DNA from: Fibrobacterales bacterium
GTDB lineage: Bacteria > Fibrobacterota > Fibrobacteria > Fibrobacterales > JAOPTW01
Assembly (NCBI GenBank): GCA_051532035.1
Contig: JAOPTW010000037.1
Location: forward strand, 33,749-97,748
Length of the DNA stretch: 64,000 nucleotides
Reading direction: 5' to 3'
Shown here: positions 49,618-60,693 of the stretch, piece after piece
How positions within the stretch are numbered: position 1 is the first letter of the stretch
Layout of the letters: each line of letters begins with the position of its first letter
The notes under the pieces: model-generated
Told to the model about the DNA's origin: nothing
What the model saw: only the letters and a program-made list of their open reading frames with translations
The model's database searches: none
Translations under genes and position numbers: made by a program

Positions 49618-50973
49618 TCATTGCAAAACCTCCTGCCATCCAAGCGTAGATCCGATATACTCAATGAGCTCTTTAGCACTTATCAATGCTTGAGCGGTGT
49701 TAGGATGCGAATGTCCACCAAGGCCAACTGATCCCTGGGGTGAAAGAGAAAATCCTGATATGGTTATGGTGTTGGCCTGTGCAGTTGCGATAATATCTGC
49801 CTTCCATGAACGTACCGTATTCAGATTGGTACCAGTCATCATAGGGCCATCGATGAGCAAGAATGCTGCGTGGGGGAGTGCGGCATGTATGGTATTGATT
49901 ACTGAGAGGTAGTTTTCTTTATAATTACTTTCAGAAGGTGTTCCATGGGCAAAGTCGTTGGTTCCCAAATTAATAACCACAAGATCAGCGGGGAATTCAA
50001 ATCTATGTTGGGTTTCTTCGAGGGGGTTTGTGCGAGAAAAAAGTTCACGCATATTTTCCGTAGTACTCTTGTCGTAATTTATGTAGATCCCTTTTCCTGA
50101 CCAGCAGGTGTAGAGGGCCTCTGCATCAAATGCTTGTGCCGTCAAAGCGCCATAACTCAGGGTATGATTTTCTGTATCAGGTGACCAGCCACTCGTTTCA
50201 TCTCCTTCAATACCATAGCCACAGGTGATGGAATTACCAATAAACCAGAGATGAGCATCTGAGCGTTTTGGGAGTGGTTCGCTTTCTGATATACCAGTGT
50301 AGCGTATCCCTTTAAAGGCGTCGGCTCCGCAATATGCTTCAGTCCGTTTGGTAATAGTGATGGTATGAGTAGTAGCATCAAAGGGGGTATCCATTATATC
50401 CGTAAGAATTATATTGGATTGCGTAGGGGACAGCGTGAATATATACGGCTCTTTGGCATTATCAACAAAGAGGTTATACCGATTGTACAGGCAGTCACCG
50501 ATTCCAGGGATGGTGTTTTCCATATGGATAGAGAGATCGGTGCCCGTAAACGTAAAACGGATAGAACTTCCAGACCACGACGCATACGGGGCTGTAGAGT
50601 CTTTCCAGTTAAAGAGCCCTTCATAGCTAAAGCGGGCATCTGTGGGGGGGATGGTTAGGGGAGTATAAGGCGTGTTATTTTCTGATGATAGTGAAGAGAG
50701 TGATTCCTCTGAAGAGAAATGGGATGAAACAGTTGCTTCGGATGATTCAGTAGTGATTGTGCCAGAAAACCCCGTTGCCTCCGATGAGAGAGCCGTTGTT
50801 GATGATACATCCTCTGAGCTATTTGAATGGGTGCTTGACGGTTCGGTTGCTCCACGAGAAATTGCAGATTCGGATGAGGGGGTCGAAAGGGAATGAGCGT
50901 TCTCTGAAGAATCGATTTGGCCACAGTGAAGGAGACCGAGGCATACAAGAGCGAGATAGGGGAGATGTTTCAC
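49618..50973 (-). CDS. SGNH/GDSL esterase lipoprotein (CE2 acetylxylan esterase-like)
   Basis: Lipobox LLHC, Ser-rich linker, WSGS...F.GT jelly-roll, IGNSITCGYG, WSGKG, NLGTND, HP. Confidence 0.85.
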   Translation of the reverse strand: MKHLPYLALVCLGLLHCGQIDSSENAHSLSTPSSESAISRGATEPSSTHSNSSEDVSSTTALSSEATGFSGTITTESSEATVSSHFSSEESLSSLSSENNTPYTPLTIPPTDARFSYEGLFNWKDSTAPYASWSGSSIRFTFTGTDLSIHMENTIPGIGDCLYNRYNLFVDNAKEPYIFTLSPTQSNIILTDIMDTPFDATTHTITITKRTEAYCGADAFKGIRYTGISESEPLPKRSDAHLWFIGNSITCGYGIEGDETSGWSPDTENHTLSYGALTAQAFDAEALYTCWSGKGIYINYDKSTTENMRELFSRTNPLEETQHRFEFPADLVVINLGTNDFAHGTPSESNYKENYLSVINTIHAALPHAAFLLIDGPMMTGTNLNTVRSWKADIIATAQANTITISGFSLSPQGSVGLGGHSHPNTAQALISAKELIEYIGSTLGWQEVLQ

Positions 50974-51102
50974 TGGGTCCTCAAGTGGTATTAGGTACTC
51001 TATATATAGTAAAATATATAATCGAGTTCCTATGAGAGAACTCTTTTAAAAACCTTGATTAGAGGTATATTTATCTACGAAACCATAGATGAGGGTCGTA
51101 GG

Positions 51103-52887
51103 GTGTTTGGGAATTATTCAAAAAAAGCATTTCTATATTGTATTCTAGTGAGTCAACTACTCACTGCAGGCGAATTTCAAACCAGGCTTGAGGATGTCAT
51201 TGATCGTAGTACAGTGCTTGCAGATAATGCCATGAACTTCTGGCTCACCAAGGGTCTGGATACTGAGAATGGTGGGTTTCATAGTTATATCGATGAGTCA
51301 GGGAATTCTCAGCAAGATTCAAAATTTCTGATACAGCAGAGTCGGTATCTCTGGACCTGTGCTTATTGGTATAGTCAGCGGGATTCTTCCGGGGCAGTGA
51401 AGACAGTGTGTGACAATCATTTTGATTTTATGAAACGTGCCTTCTATAATAATGGCGATCCTGCACATACGGTGAATTACAACGGAACCACCGTCGAAAG
51501 TTGGGACAAGGTGAGCTATGCAGAATCGTTCTTTATCTATGGACTTTCTGAATACGCAATTTCCATGAAGAGTGATGAGGCAATTGAGATGGCCTTAGCG
51601 ATATTTGACAACCTCATTAGTCGTTCCTATGATGCACAAAATAAAGGGTATGACCAAACACGTGATGGAAGAGTATTTACTCAGATGGGCGATAAAGGGA
51701 CCAATACTCATCTGCATCTTCTCGAGGCCTTTACCCGGCTGTATGATTACTCACAAAACAGTGCCGTTAGAGAGAAGCTCAATGAGCTCCTTAACATCTT
51801 TAGAGATCACATTATGCAGTCTGATAATTATTGTGGTCAGGGTTTTTGGAATAATTGGGGTAAAGTTGCCGAGGATAATAGTATTAGCTACGGACATGAT
51901 ATTGAGACTGCATGGCTCCTGTATGAAGCGGTGAAATCCCTCGGGAGAGAAGGAGAAACGGCGCTGGTCGCACAGATAATGGCTATGGGGAAACGCTCTG
52001 CCCTCGAAGGGTATGATCCCGATGTGGGCGCCTATAGTTTTGGAGGGTCTTATGATGGGAACCGGTCTAATAATACTAAGACGTGGTGGGTGCAGTTTGA
52101 AGCTATTCAGGGACTCTGGAGGTTGTTTGAGCATTATCAAGATACGCTCTATGTTGACCGTATTGAATCGACACTCTCGTGGATTGAAGGCTCTCAAATG
52201 AATGGAGCGACTCAAGAGTGGTATGCGGATGTTGATAACGGAGGGAATGCCGGAGAAAATCGGTATACTGCTAACGAATGGAAAACGAGTTATCACTCAG
52301 TACGAGGGGTGGTAAATCTACCTCGTTGGATCAATGAGTACCAATTGGGGCAATTATGTACCCTGACCCTAACGAGTGATCACGGGGCTCTTACCGTAAC
52401 GCCTCAGCAGGAAGTGTATGCAAAAGGGGCAAGCGTAACTCTCAGTGTTGTGTCTGATGAGGGGTATGAATTCGCAGGATGGTTGCTGGAAACGGTCGAT
52501 TCAGTTTTTGAGATAACCATTGTCATGGATTCTTCAATAGCAATAGAGGCGCTCTATACAGAGAGCTCGAGTGTTGTGAGTTCAAGTGATGAGCTGGAGT
52601 CTTCACAGGGTGAGGGAGAGTCGTCACTGGGCCAAGAAGAGCCTGATGATCTATCGTCAGAATCCGAAGTGTCGAGTAGTGCGGGTGACTTTGAATCTTC
52701 AGAGGGAGAGTTGGTGCTCCTTAATGATGCAGCATCCTTGCCCTATGTGGGCATTGCTCTTCTAGGACCCTATGAGTCCATTACACAGTACACTTCTGAT
52801 ACCCACCAGTTCTACACGCTTTCGGGTGAAAGGGTTGCGATTCTTACCGGTCAGCGTACGGAAGTTATTGTGGTTGTACGGAAGTGA
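51103..52887 (+). CDS. AGE-family epimerase (cellobiose 2-epimerase-like) with a B-repeat domain and Ser/Glu-rich tail
   Basis: D.ENGGF, QSRYLW, YAESFFIYGLSEY, NTHLHLLEAFT, SYGHDIETAWLL, WWVQFEA, WKTSYH; GYEFAGW B-repeat. Probable start is GTG 51103; the track gives 51055. Confidence 0.85.
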   Translation: MFGNYSKKAFLYCILVSQLLTAGEFQTRLEDVIDRSTVLADNAMNFWLTKGLDTENGGFHSYIDESGNSQQDSKFLIQQSRYLWTCAYWYSQRDSSGAVKTVCDNHFDFMKRAFYNNGDPAHTVNYNGTTVESWDKVSYAESFFIYGLSEYAISMKSDEAIEMALAIFDNLISRSYDAQNKGYDQTRDGRVFTQMGDKGTNTHLHLLEAFTRLYDYSQNSAVREKLNELLNIFRDHIMQSDNYCGQGFWNNWGKVAEDNSISYGHDIETAWLLYEAVKSLGREGETALVAQIMAMGKRSALEGYDPDVGAYSFGGSYDGNRSNNTKTWWVQFEAIQGLWRLFEHYQDTLYVDRIESTLSWIEGSQMNGATQEWYADVDNGGNAGENRYTANEWKTSYHSVRGVVNLPRWINEYQLGQLCTLTLTSDHGALTVTPQQEVYAKGASVTLSVVSDEGYEFAGWLLETVDSVFEITIVMDSSIAIEALYTESSSVVSSSDELESSQGEGESSLGQEEPDDLSSESEVSSSAGDFESSEGELVLLNDAASLPYVGIALLGPYESITQYTSDTHQFYTLSGERVAILTGQRTEVIVVVRK

Positions 52888-53162
52888 ATTGATTGAATAT
52901 TGCTATCACAGGGTAGCGATAGTGTTCGACACTATACTTGTTACTGGTTGTTAAAAGTCTACATCTTGTTGTATGTATACTGTAATTAGTGGGCGTTTAG
53001 CTTTTTGAGTACGCAATTGGTACGCTAATCTATAAATGTGTGTCTACTTGTCTGGGCCTTGGTGCCTCCGATAATTACTTTAGGTATACACTACTGATTA
53101 ATTGGAGCACACAAGCATTCTGAAGCAGTGGTGATGTAAATTAACACAACACTTAGGGACAT

Positions 53163-54101
53163 ATGATTAAAAAAATAGTATTACCAATTCTCGCTCTCGC
53201 AGCAACAAGTTTCTCGATGAACTACACTTATGCAATTAAAAATGTAAAATCACAGAAATGTGTAGAAGTACAAGACGCAGCTCAATGGGACGGTGCAAAT
53301 GTACAGCAATATCACTGTACTGGTGGCAACGCTCAAAAATGGCAGTTTTCTGAAATAGATGGCGATATTCATACAATCAGAAATGTTGAAACAGGAAAAC
53401 TTCTTGATGTAGCATGGGGTGGACAATCAGACAATATTCAACAATGGGGAACCGAAGCCAATGGCGACTCACAAAAATGGATTGTACGTCAAATCACCCG
53501 TGGAACTTTTAATATTAGACCGGTGAGCAATCCAGAAGAGTGTATTGATGTTCAAGCGGCAAGCCTTGAAGCAAATGCAAATATTCAGCGCTATGCCTGT
53601 AATTACTCAGATGCTCAAGAGTTTGTTCTTACAGAAGGGGAATCACTCCTGTACTACTGGGGTGAATATAAAATTACCACTAAAAATGCAGATCGTTGTG
53701 TAGAAGTTGGGTCTGCAGCTCAATGGGATGGCGCAAACGTTCAACAGTGGGACTGTAATGGATCAAATGCACAGGTATGGGATTTTGTTCAAGCAGGGAA
53801 CCATGAATATGCAATCGTTAACAAAAACTCACAAAAATTCCTCGATGTAGCATGGGGTGGTGAAAGTGAAAATGTTCAGCAGTGGGGAGATTATACAAAA
53901 GGTACAGCACTTAATATTGGTGCAAGTCAAGAGTGGAAAATTGAAGATGCTGGAGAAGGGTATGTCTACTTTAAGCCATTAAGTAACCTTGGTGAGTGCC
54001 TTGAAATTGCAGGCGGTGATGCTTATGCTAACAATGGCAGCAATGTTCAATCTGTTCCATGTGATGGTTCTGATAAGCAGAAATTTCGCGTTACAAAATA
54101 G
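53163..54101 (+). CDS. Secreted tandem ricin-B (CBM13) lectin
   Basis: Signal peptide; two beta-trefoils with QxW/QxF repeats; duplicated AAQWDGANVQQ and LDVAWGG. Confidence 0.9.
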   Translation: MIKKIVLPILALAATSFSMNYTYAIKNVKSQKCVEVQDAAQWDGANVQQYHCTGGNAQKWQFSEIDGDIHTIRNVETGKLLDVAWGGQSDNIQQWGTEANGDSQKWIVRQITRGTFNIRPVSNPEECIDVQAASLEANANIQRYACNYSDAQEFVLTEGESLLYYWGEYKITTKNADRCVEVGSAAQWDGANVQQWDCNGSNAQVWDFVQAGNHEYAIVNKNSQKFLDVAWGGESENVQQWGDYTKGTALNIGASQEWKIEDAGEGYVYFKPLSNLGECLEIAGGDAYANNGSNVQSVPCDGSDKQKFRVTK

Positions 54102-54120
54102 TATACTCGTTAAATAAAGT

Positions 54121-54155
54121 AAAGCGACAGTGGGATTCCTACTGTCGCTTTTTTT
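54121..54155 (+). terminator. Intrinsic terminator
   Basis: aaagcgacagt-gggattcct-actgtcgcttttttt after the lectin gene. Confidence 0.88.
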
Positions 54156-54330
54156 GTTTTATAATAATAGAGTGATTCTATTACTTTACTGATCTGTATT
54201 ATGGATGATTTATTTGGCATGATTACTCTATATATGATATAATTGAGTGTGTAAATTGTTTGTTTTGGAGCTTAATACTTAATACTGGTTTATGGTACTG
54301 GATATTAATTGAAGGCTTCAGAAAAGGTAT

Positions 54331-56394
54331 GTGAAAATGAATTACTTTAATAATATGAAATTTGGTAAAAAGATTGGGGTTGGGTTTGCCTCGATAACGC
54401 TCATATTGGTGTGTGCAGTCATTTTCACTCTCTGGGGAGTGCGGCAGACGACTCAGGTTACCGACAGACTTATTGATTTAAGGGTGCCAACGGCACAAGC
54501 GAGTCTTTCTATGCAAAATGGGATGAACCAATCTTTGGCGGCGCTTCGTGGCTGGATGCTCTTGGGTAAGAGTCAGTTCAAAAAAGAACGTGCAGATGCC
54601 TGGAGTAAATCAATTGACCCTGCATTTGATCAAATGAAAGAGTTTTCAAAAAATTGGACGAATCCTAAAAATATTGAACGACTTAACAATATTGAGACTA
54701 ATCTTAAGAAATTCAAGGGCTTACAAAAAGAGATTGAGTCTATAGCACAAACAGTTGAGAATCAACCGGCCTTACAAATTTTATTTACCCAGGCAGCGCC
54801 TCAGGGTAAAATACTGGCAGAAAATATTACAACTATTATAAATATAGAGTTAACACAGCCTGCGACTCCAGCGAGAAAAGCATTATTAGGTATGATGGCT
54901 GATTTTCGTGGAACCGTAGGCTTGGGATTAGCTGCTATCCGTGGCTATTTGATTTCGGGGGATGAGAAATTCAAAAGTAATTTCGAAACGATATGGGCTA
55001 AAAACAGCCAACGCTACAAGGGTCTTGCGTCTAAACAAAGGCTGCTGACTCCGGCTCAAAAAAATGCGTTTGATTTGATTGCAGAAGCACGCAAACTTTT
55101 TGATCCATTGCCTCAAAAAATGTTTGCTATCAGAAGTAGCACAGAATGGAATCTAGCAAATAGCTGGTTAGGCGAAAGGGCAGCGCCAACTGCCTTTATT
55201 ATTAATGGTGAATTAAATGCTATGATAGATAATCAGAGACGTTTAATGATGGACGATATTGCTGAAAGTAAAGGTTTAATCAGTGCGCTTTATACGAAAG
55301 AGTGGGCGTTACTGTTTATTGGGGTGATATTGAGCAGCCTTATTGGGTTCACCATAACACGATCCGTTACTCGGCCTGTGAAAGAGATGGTTCGTGTGGC
55401 AGATAATCTCGCAAAAGGAAACTTGAATCAAACGTTAAACATTACATCTAAAGATGAAATAGGAATGCTTGCAGAGTCATTGACCATAATGATAGCCAAC
55501 CTTAAACAATTGATTGGAAATGTTTCTCATAATTCATCATCTACCAGTGAAACATCATTAAAGCTATTTGATACTGTAAAAGAAGTAAATACTTCAACAG
55601 AACACATGAGTTCTCAGTCGGTGACTATAGCATCGGCAACTGAACAGGCATCATTGAATATGAATACTATTTCTGCTTCTGCCGAAGAGATGAGTAATTC
55701 TGTTATTACGGTAGCAGCCGCTGTAGAAGAGATGAGTGCAACCGTAAATGAAATAGCAGTAAATTGTCAAAAGGAGTCTGAAATAGCGAGAATGGCTAAC
55801 GCAAAAGCGGGCTCTACAAATGAAATGATGCAAAAACTTGAGTCGACCGCAATCGAAATAGGTAAGATTCTTGGGGTGATAAAAGATATTGCTGATCAGA
55901 CAAACCTGTTAGCGCTTAATGCAACAATTGAAGCGGCTTCTGCAGGCGATGCCGGTAAAGGATTTGCTGTTGTGGCATCTGAGGTAAAAGAGCTGGCCAA
56001 GCAGACATCACAGGCCACTGCCGAGATTGAACAACAAATCGGTGAGATGCGCGCGAGTACGAGTAGTTCGGTCCAGGCGATAAAAGAAATTACTAGTGTT
56101 ATTGAAGAGGTCGATGGCATTTCTCAAACAATAGTGAGTGCGGTTGAAGAGCAATCAGCAACCATCAATGAAATTGCAGGGAGTATGAGTTCGGTAAGTA
56201 ATGCCAGTACCGAAGTGTCATTGAATGTCAAGGAATCTGCAGCGGGACTCGGTGAGATTTCAGGGAGTGTTGGCGGATTTCACCAGGGACTCAAAGATAT
56301 AACCAGTAGAATGAACCTTGTAGAGAAAAGTACAAAGTCACTTTCGGGGATGGCCAATGATTTAAGTGGCTCGATCGATAAGTTTGAGGTGTGA
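54331..56394 (+). CDS. Methyl-accepting chemotaxis protein
   Basis: TM, duplicated helical sensor, TM, HAMP (DEIGMLA), signalling hairpin [37 protein letters not shown]. Confidence 0.95.
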   Translation: MKMNYFNNMKFGKKIGVGFASITLILVCAVIFTLWGVRQTTQVTDRLIDLRVPTAQASLSMQNGMNQSLAALRGWMLLGKSQFKKERADAWSKSIDPAFDQMKEFSKNWTNPKNIERLNNIETNLKKFKGLQKEIESIAQTVENQPALQILFTQAAPQGKILAENITTIINIELTQPATPARKALLGMMADFRGTVGLGLAAIRGYLISGDEKFKSNFETIWAKNSQRYKGLASKQRLLTPAQKNAFDLIAEARKLFDPLPQKMFAIRSSTEWNLANSWLGERAAPTAFIINGELNAMIDNQRRLMMDDIAESKGLISALYTKEWALLFIGVILSSLIGFTITRSVTRPVKEMVRVADNLAKGNLNQTLNITSKDEIGMLAESLTIMIANLKQLIGNVSHNSSSTSETSLKLFDTVKEVNTSTEHMSSQSVTIASATEQASLNMNTISASAEEMSNSVITVAAAVEEMSATVNEIAVNCQKESEIARMANAKAGSTNEMMQKLESTAIEIGKILGVIKDIADQTNLLALNATIEAASAGDAGKGFAVVASEVKELAKQTSQATAEIEQQIGEMRASTSSSVQAIKEITSVIEEVDGISQTIVSAVEEQSATINEIAGSMSSVSNASTEVSLNVKESAAGLGEISGSVGGFHQGLKDITSRMNLVEKSTKSLSGMANDLSGSIDKFEV

Positions 56395-56430
56395 CCAATG
56401 AAGTGTTGTATATCTAGAGGATAAATGATA

Positions 56431-58293
56431 TTAAAAGTCGGGTTTAACACTAAACGAAACTTCTTCTTGTGTATCAGGGTGCCTAAAGGTTATGCTATAG
56501 GCATGGAGATATAACCGGTCACTGTGCCTTCCATATAACGTATCTCCCAAAATAGGAGTGTTCAGGCCCAACTTATGGGCAGCATGTACTCTCAGTTGGT
56601 GGGTACGACCAGTTATGGGTTCAAATAACACCCGTGTGGTATTGGTACCTTTTTCAAGAATTGACCATTTTGTCTGGGCGGTTTTCCCATTCTCATAACA
56701 AACTACTTGATTGGGTTTGTGAATGATATCTACTCGAAGGGGTAAGTCGATTATGCCCGTTGTATCATTGGTTTTGAGGTGCGCTGAAACATCGCCATCC
56801 AACAGAGCAATGTAACTCTTCTTTATGGAGCGGTTGATAAACTGTTTTTGCAAATGCCGGTAGTGCTCAATACTTTTAACAATGATCATTAGGCCAGAAG
56901 TGGCCATATCGAGGCGATGAGCCAATAGAGGACCGGTAGCGAGTGGATATCTTTTATTGAGTATTGACTCAACCGAAACTGAGCCGTCATTGCCTGTTTC
57001 AGACATCAAATTATAAGGCTTATTGATAATGGCTATGGCATCATCTTCATAAATGGTAGAAATCTCTTGAACGTCGGTTTTAATTTTGAGTATGGGGTCA
57101 GGGTCGGTTGGGGTTTCTGAGAGCATGTGCGTCAAAATAGGTTTACATCTCCCATGACAAGCGGCGTAAAAATAACCGTGCTTGCGCATCTCTGCAATAG
57201 GGGAGTGGCCCCACCAAAACTGGCCAAAACAGACTGGGGTATAGTGGTGGGTAAACGCGTATTGGAGTAACTTTGGCGCAACACAATCACCGGTGCCGGG
57301 CGGTATCTCTTTTTGGGAGAAGGGTGACTCAGATGCAAAGAGCTGATGTATATTTTTTGAACAACCACTCGCATTTAAAAATGAGTACGCGGTATGGAGT
57401 GCTTCTTGGAGTGCCTCTGCTTTGTGTGTGGCTTCAGCTTTCAATGCTTTAAGATGAGTGTGTACTTCAAGGAATAGGCTTTCTTGCTTTGCAAGGGTCT
57501 GTTCATTGTCGGTAACTATCTTTCTAAAGGCATGCTTTGCCCCGAGACTCTCATTTTTAAGCACTTCACAACACTGTTCGAATTCCTCTGGCGACATTGT
57601 GAGTTTCGCGGCATTCCGTGTTATCTTTCGTTTTTTTCGTGCTTGCTTCATAGCGAGTGTTAGAGCTGCACTTTGCTTGTTAAACGCCTTGCTCATGGTC
57701 CTAAATGTCTCGAGCTGCTCTCGATAGAGTGGGTCGTTCTCTAAAGGGGCAATGCGCTCATTAAGTTTCGCAATAGCCACGTGCTCTGTATGATAGAAAC
57801 TACTCGGATTATGTTGATCAACCACAGGTGGTACAAAAGAGGGCTGTGTGCCTGCGTCTACGTTGTTGGTTCTAACTTGCCCTGTATATGCCGAAAGATA
57901 TCCGAGCTGCCCTTCTGCGTTTTGTACTACGAGTACGCCGAGCATTGTACCGATGGGAGCGCTTGTATCATTAACATCTATGTCGGGTTCATACTGCCAG
58001 TCTTTGAGTGTATTGAGCTGCTCTTGGAACTCTTGTGCTGCCAATTGGGCCAGTGGATGAGGCTTGTAGAAAAAAGGGTAGGTGAATTGGCTGGGAACAT
58101 CAATGGAGTTGATTGGGTTTTTAAAAGGGGTGAATGAATCACCGGTACGATGTTCTGAGTTCAACGGTTTGCTATCCCATTTAAAATGTTTCGGAGGGTG
58201 GTGGTTTGTGTTGTTGTGGTTGCTCACCCTTGGTTTGGTAAAATATAGTAATTGTGGGTTGACTCTACGTTGGGGATATTTACTTGGGTTCAA
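56431..58293 (-). CDS. rluA: RluA-family pseudouridine synthase (long form with N-terminal extension)
   Basis: FTYPFFYKPHPL, GDCVAPKLLQYA, INKP, HRLDMATSG (catalytic Asp), TGRTHQLRVH, ILGDTLYG, LHA. Start uncertain. Confidence 0.9.
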   Translation of the reverse strand: MNPSKYPQRRVNPQLLYFTKPRVSNHNNTNHHPPKHFKWDSKPLNSEHRTGDSFTPFKNPINSIDVPSQFTYPFFYKPHPLAQLAAQEFQEQLNTLKDWQYEPDIDVNDTSAPIGTMLGVLVVQNAEGQLGYLSAYTGQVRTNNVDAGTQPSFVPPVVDQHNPSSFYHTEHVAIAKLNERIAPLENDPLYREQLETFRTMSKAFNKQSAALTLAMKQARKKRKITRNAAKLTMSPEEFEQCCEVLKNESLGAKHAFRKIVTDNEQTLAKQESLFLEVHTHLKALKAEATHKAEALQEALHTAYSFLNASGCSKNIHQLFASESPFSQKEIPPGTGDCVAPKLLQYAFTHHYTPVCFGQFWWGHSPIAEMRKHGYFYAACHGRCKPILTHMLSETPTDPDPILKIKTDVQEISTIYEDDAIAIINKPYNLMSETGNDGSVSVESILNKRYPLATGPLLAHRLDMATSGLMIIVKSIEHYRHLQKQFINRSIKKSYIALLDGDVSAHLKTNDTTGIIDLPLRVDIIHKPNQVVCYENGKTAQTKWSILEKGTNTTRVLFEPITGRTHQLRVHAAHKLGLNTPILGDTLYGRHSDRLYLHAYSITFRHPDTQEEVSFSVKPDF

Positions 58294-58340
58294 TACGTGT
58301 TTTTCATCTCTAGGTAGGTGAGTTTTGTTGAAAAGAATAG

Positions 58341-58370
58341 TATGGCGAATTCTAATCTGAATTCGCCATA
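58341..58370 (-). terminator. Hairpin / probable terminator of the 58393-59175 gene
   Basis: Perfect 12-bp inverted repeat tatggcgaattc-taatct-gaattcgccata, followed on the minus strand by a T-rich tract. Confidence 0.65.
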
Positions 58371-58392
58371 TTTAATAAATATGGTTCTTCTG

Positions 58393-59175
58393 CTATTTAT
58401 TCTTACGCTTCAAATACTGATTGCGTGCGTACTTGCTTCGAAACTTCTTTCGTATGGTTGGAGAGTCTTGAAAGGCGACGTAGGACCACCCTTTAATTTC
58501 GGAGACACTCTCATTGAGGAGGGTGATGGCCTGATCGCGAATGATTCGCTGGTCGGTGGCGGAACGTCGTTCTGTTTGAGCTGCTGTATGTAAATCGAAT
58601 AGCTCAGCTACTAAAATGTCGGCTTCATCAAAGAGAGATTGATCAAAGGTAACGGGGGATGATGCCAAGGGGAGGGCTCTACCCAGACTCGTGACCGAAG
58701 CGAGGTCTTTGAGTACTTCATTGATCTTTTTGGATCGATTGAGTGCCACGAGCTGTTTAATCTTTTCAGGTTGTTTCATACAGACCAGTTTGAGTATCCT
58801 CACTAACTTCGATCTCAGGGCTATTGCTTCGGAGGATCGTTCGCTCCATGTGCTTCTGCTGTGGGTATCCGTTGTAAGACTATAGCGAAACTGATTGTCG
58901 GCATATATGGCCGCTCGTGCACGGAGGAGAGCTTTGTGTGCCACCTCCTTGGTAAATCCATAGGCACTGAGTTTTTTTAAGTACTTGAGGGCCTCAATGC
59001 CGAGTTGTTCTCCTTCGAAAAAGTACTCTTTTAATCTCATGCCTGGAGAGTAAAGGTTCACGGTCGGTTGTGTGATAATCTCGTCTATGATGAGTGCATA
59101 ACACGCTTCTGGTTTGTCGGGTATTTTATTGCTGGGGAGTAAGTATGGATTTGTTGAGTGCGGTTTCGTTGTCAT
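58393..59175 (-). CDS. Hypothetical alpha-helical protein, paralog of 59854-60693
   Basis: RSATDQRIIRDQAITLL...V..IK.W....F aligns with the paralog's RSAVSEERIIRDKVVTLL...V..VK.W...F. Confidence 0.8.
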   Translation of the reverse strand: MTTKPHSTNPYLLPSNKIPDKPEACYALIIDEIITQPTVNLYSPGMRLKEYFFEGEQLGIEALKYLKKLSAYGFTKEVAHKALLRARAAIYADNQFRYSLTTDTHSRSTWSERSSEAIALRSKLVRILKLVCMKQPEKIKQLVALNRSKKINEVLKDLASVTSLGRALPLASSPVTFDQSLFDEADILVAELFDLHTAAQTERRSATDQRIIRDQAITLLNESVSEIKGWSYVAFQDSPTIRKKFRSKYARNQYLKRKNK

Positions 59176-59632
59176 AATACCCTGCCTCTCTATGGTGCCT
59201 TTTCTCTGTACTCGTCAGGCTACTATTATTCACTCTTGAGTATATGATATTTCTCCTATGAAAACCAATTAAATTATGATTATTAAAAAAGTTTTAGATT
59301 GAGTAGAAATTTTATTTATTAGACAATGTTATGAACACTTAGGTTAAAAATTAGCTCCATTAGATTTTGAGAAATATTCTTTAGTATCAAATATCCCAAA
59401 TTTATAAAAGCGTAAAGAGTAAAAAATTATATCTCATTGATTATTGTACTTCTATCTAAAAACTATATATTAGTGTTATGAATATTCCTAACATTCCACT
59501 GAAATTATTTTAACAGATTCTTACTTATTATCAATATCCCATTAAAAAAGAGGGTAGAGGATGTGGTGAGCATAGGGTAAGAATAGATGAGTAACAGTAA
59601 TGGTGGTGCTGAGTCTATTCTGTACCGATAAA

Positions 59633-59648
59633 TGTGATGGTCATCACA
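59633..59648. promoter_or_regulatory. CRP/FNR-family-type binding site
   Basis: TGTGA-tggtca-TCACA, an exact TGTGA-N6-TCACA with an A-rich 5' flank, in the divergent intergenic region. Confidence 0.55.
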
Positions 59649-59853
59649 ATCCTATACGCATCAACAGTTTGTGAGTACATACCCTCAGTAAGCAAATGTG
59701 TAAAATGATGTTTACCAACTATTGTTTATGTACAATAATCGACTCAAGAAGCTCTAACACCCTTTTTGAATCAATACTTTACAAAACATCGGTTTTAATA
59801 ATCATACATTTGTCTTGTTTATTGTCCTAAGAATGTTTAAAAAGGAGTACCCT

Positions 59854-60693
59854 ATGGAATATCATATCGAACCGAGCAGCAATACCCTCGTAGCATTGTC
59901 CGATAGCACAAGTGCAGAACAGTTTGAAGAGCTCACTGAAACTATTATGGCAGTTCCTGCAGAATCGGTGACGCGCCCTACTCTCTCATTAAAAACATAC
60001 GCTATAGAGGCAGAGGCGTTGATACCTATAGTAAACTATCATAAAGAGCCCTTAGCAGCAAAACAATTTGATACCCGTCTACTGAGCAGTATAGAAACGC
60101 TGGTCGGGGCATATCGCCATACAGAAAAACGAATAGAACGGGCGATAGATTTGTATGAGGCACGGAGAATGCGCTGGAAAGGCCTTGCATCTATTGCCTT
60201 TGAACTACGCAATGATATACTCGCTGAGTTTCGATTTGTGGCTCATGGTAATGAGAACATCACAAACATGCTGAAAAATATTGGTAAAGATGCCTCTATT
60301 GCAGGGGTCATAGAAGACTTGCATATTTTGGCTCATCCCACAGAATTTTTTTCAAAAGACCTTGCAGCCATTAATTTTGAGTTCGATCAACTGAGGCATG
60401 CTGCGAACCTTGGCTCTGAAATGGGAAAAATACAGCAAGAGGTGCAGTTACAGCGGTCTGCAGTGAGTGAAGAGCGTATTATCCGTGATAAGGTGGTAAC
60501 GCTTCTTATGGCTGAAGTAGAAGCCGTCAAGCGCTGGGTAACACTGGTATTCAAAAAAGAACAGAAGATACTCGATACGTTTATGGGTCAGTTTAAACGG
60601 ATGCAGGGGACTAAAAAACGCTATCGACACGAAACGATTGAGCTTGAACCTTTGGAATCAGGTGATGGAGCGAGTATAGGTGGCGTAGCTTGA
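59854..60693 (+). CDS. Hypothetical alpha-helical protein, paralog of 58393-59175
   Basis: AAGGAG RBS before ATG 59854 (the track starts at 59815); shares motifs with the divergent gene. Confidence 0.8.
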   Translation: MEYHIEPSSNTLVALSDSTSAEQFEELTETIMAVPAESVTRPTLSLKTYAIEAEALIPIVNYHKEPLAAKQFDTRLLSSIETLVGAYRHTEKRIERAIDLYEARRMRWKGLASIAFELRNDILAEFRFVAHGNENITNMLKNIGKDASIAGVIEDLHILAHPTEFFSKDLAAINFEFDQLRHAANLGSEMGKIQQEVQLQRSAVSEERIIRDKVVTLLMAEVEAVKRWVTLVFKKEQKILDTFMGQFKRMQGTKKRYRHETIELEPLESGDGASIGGVA

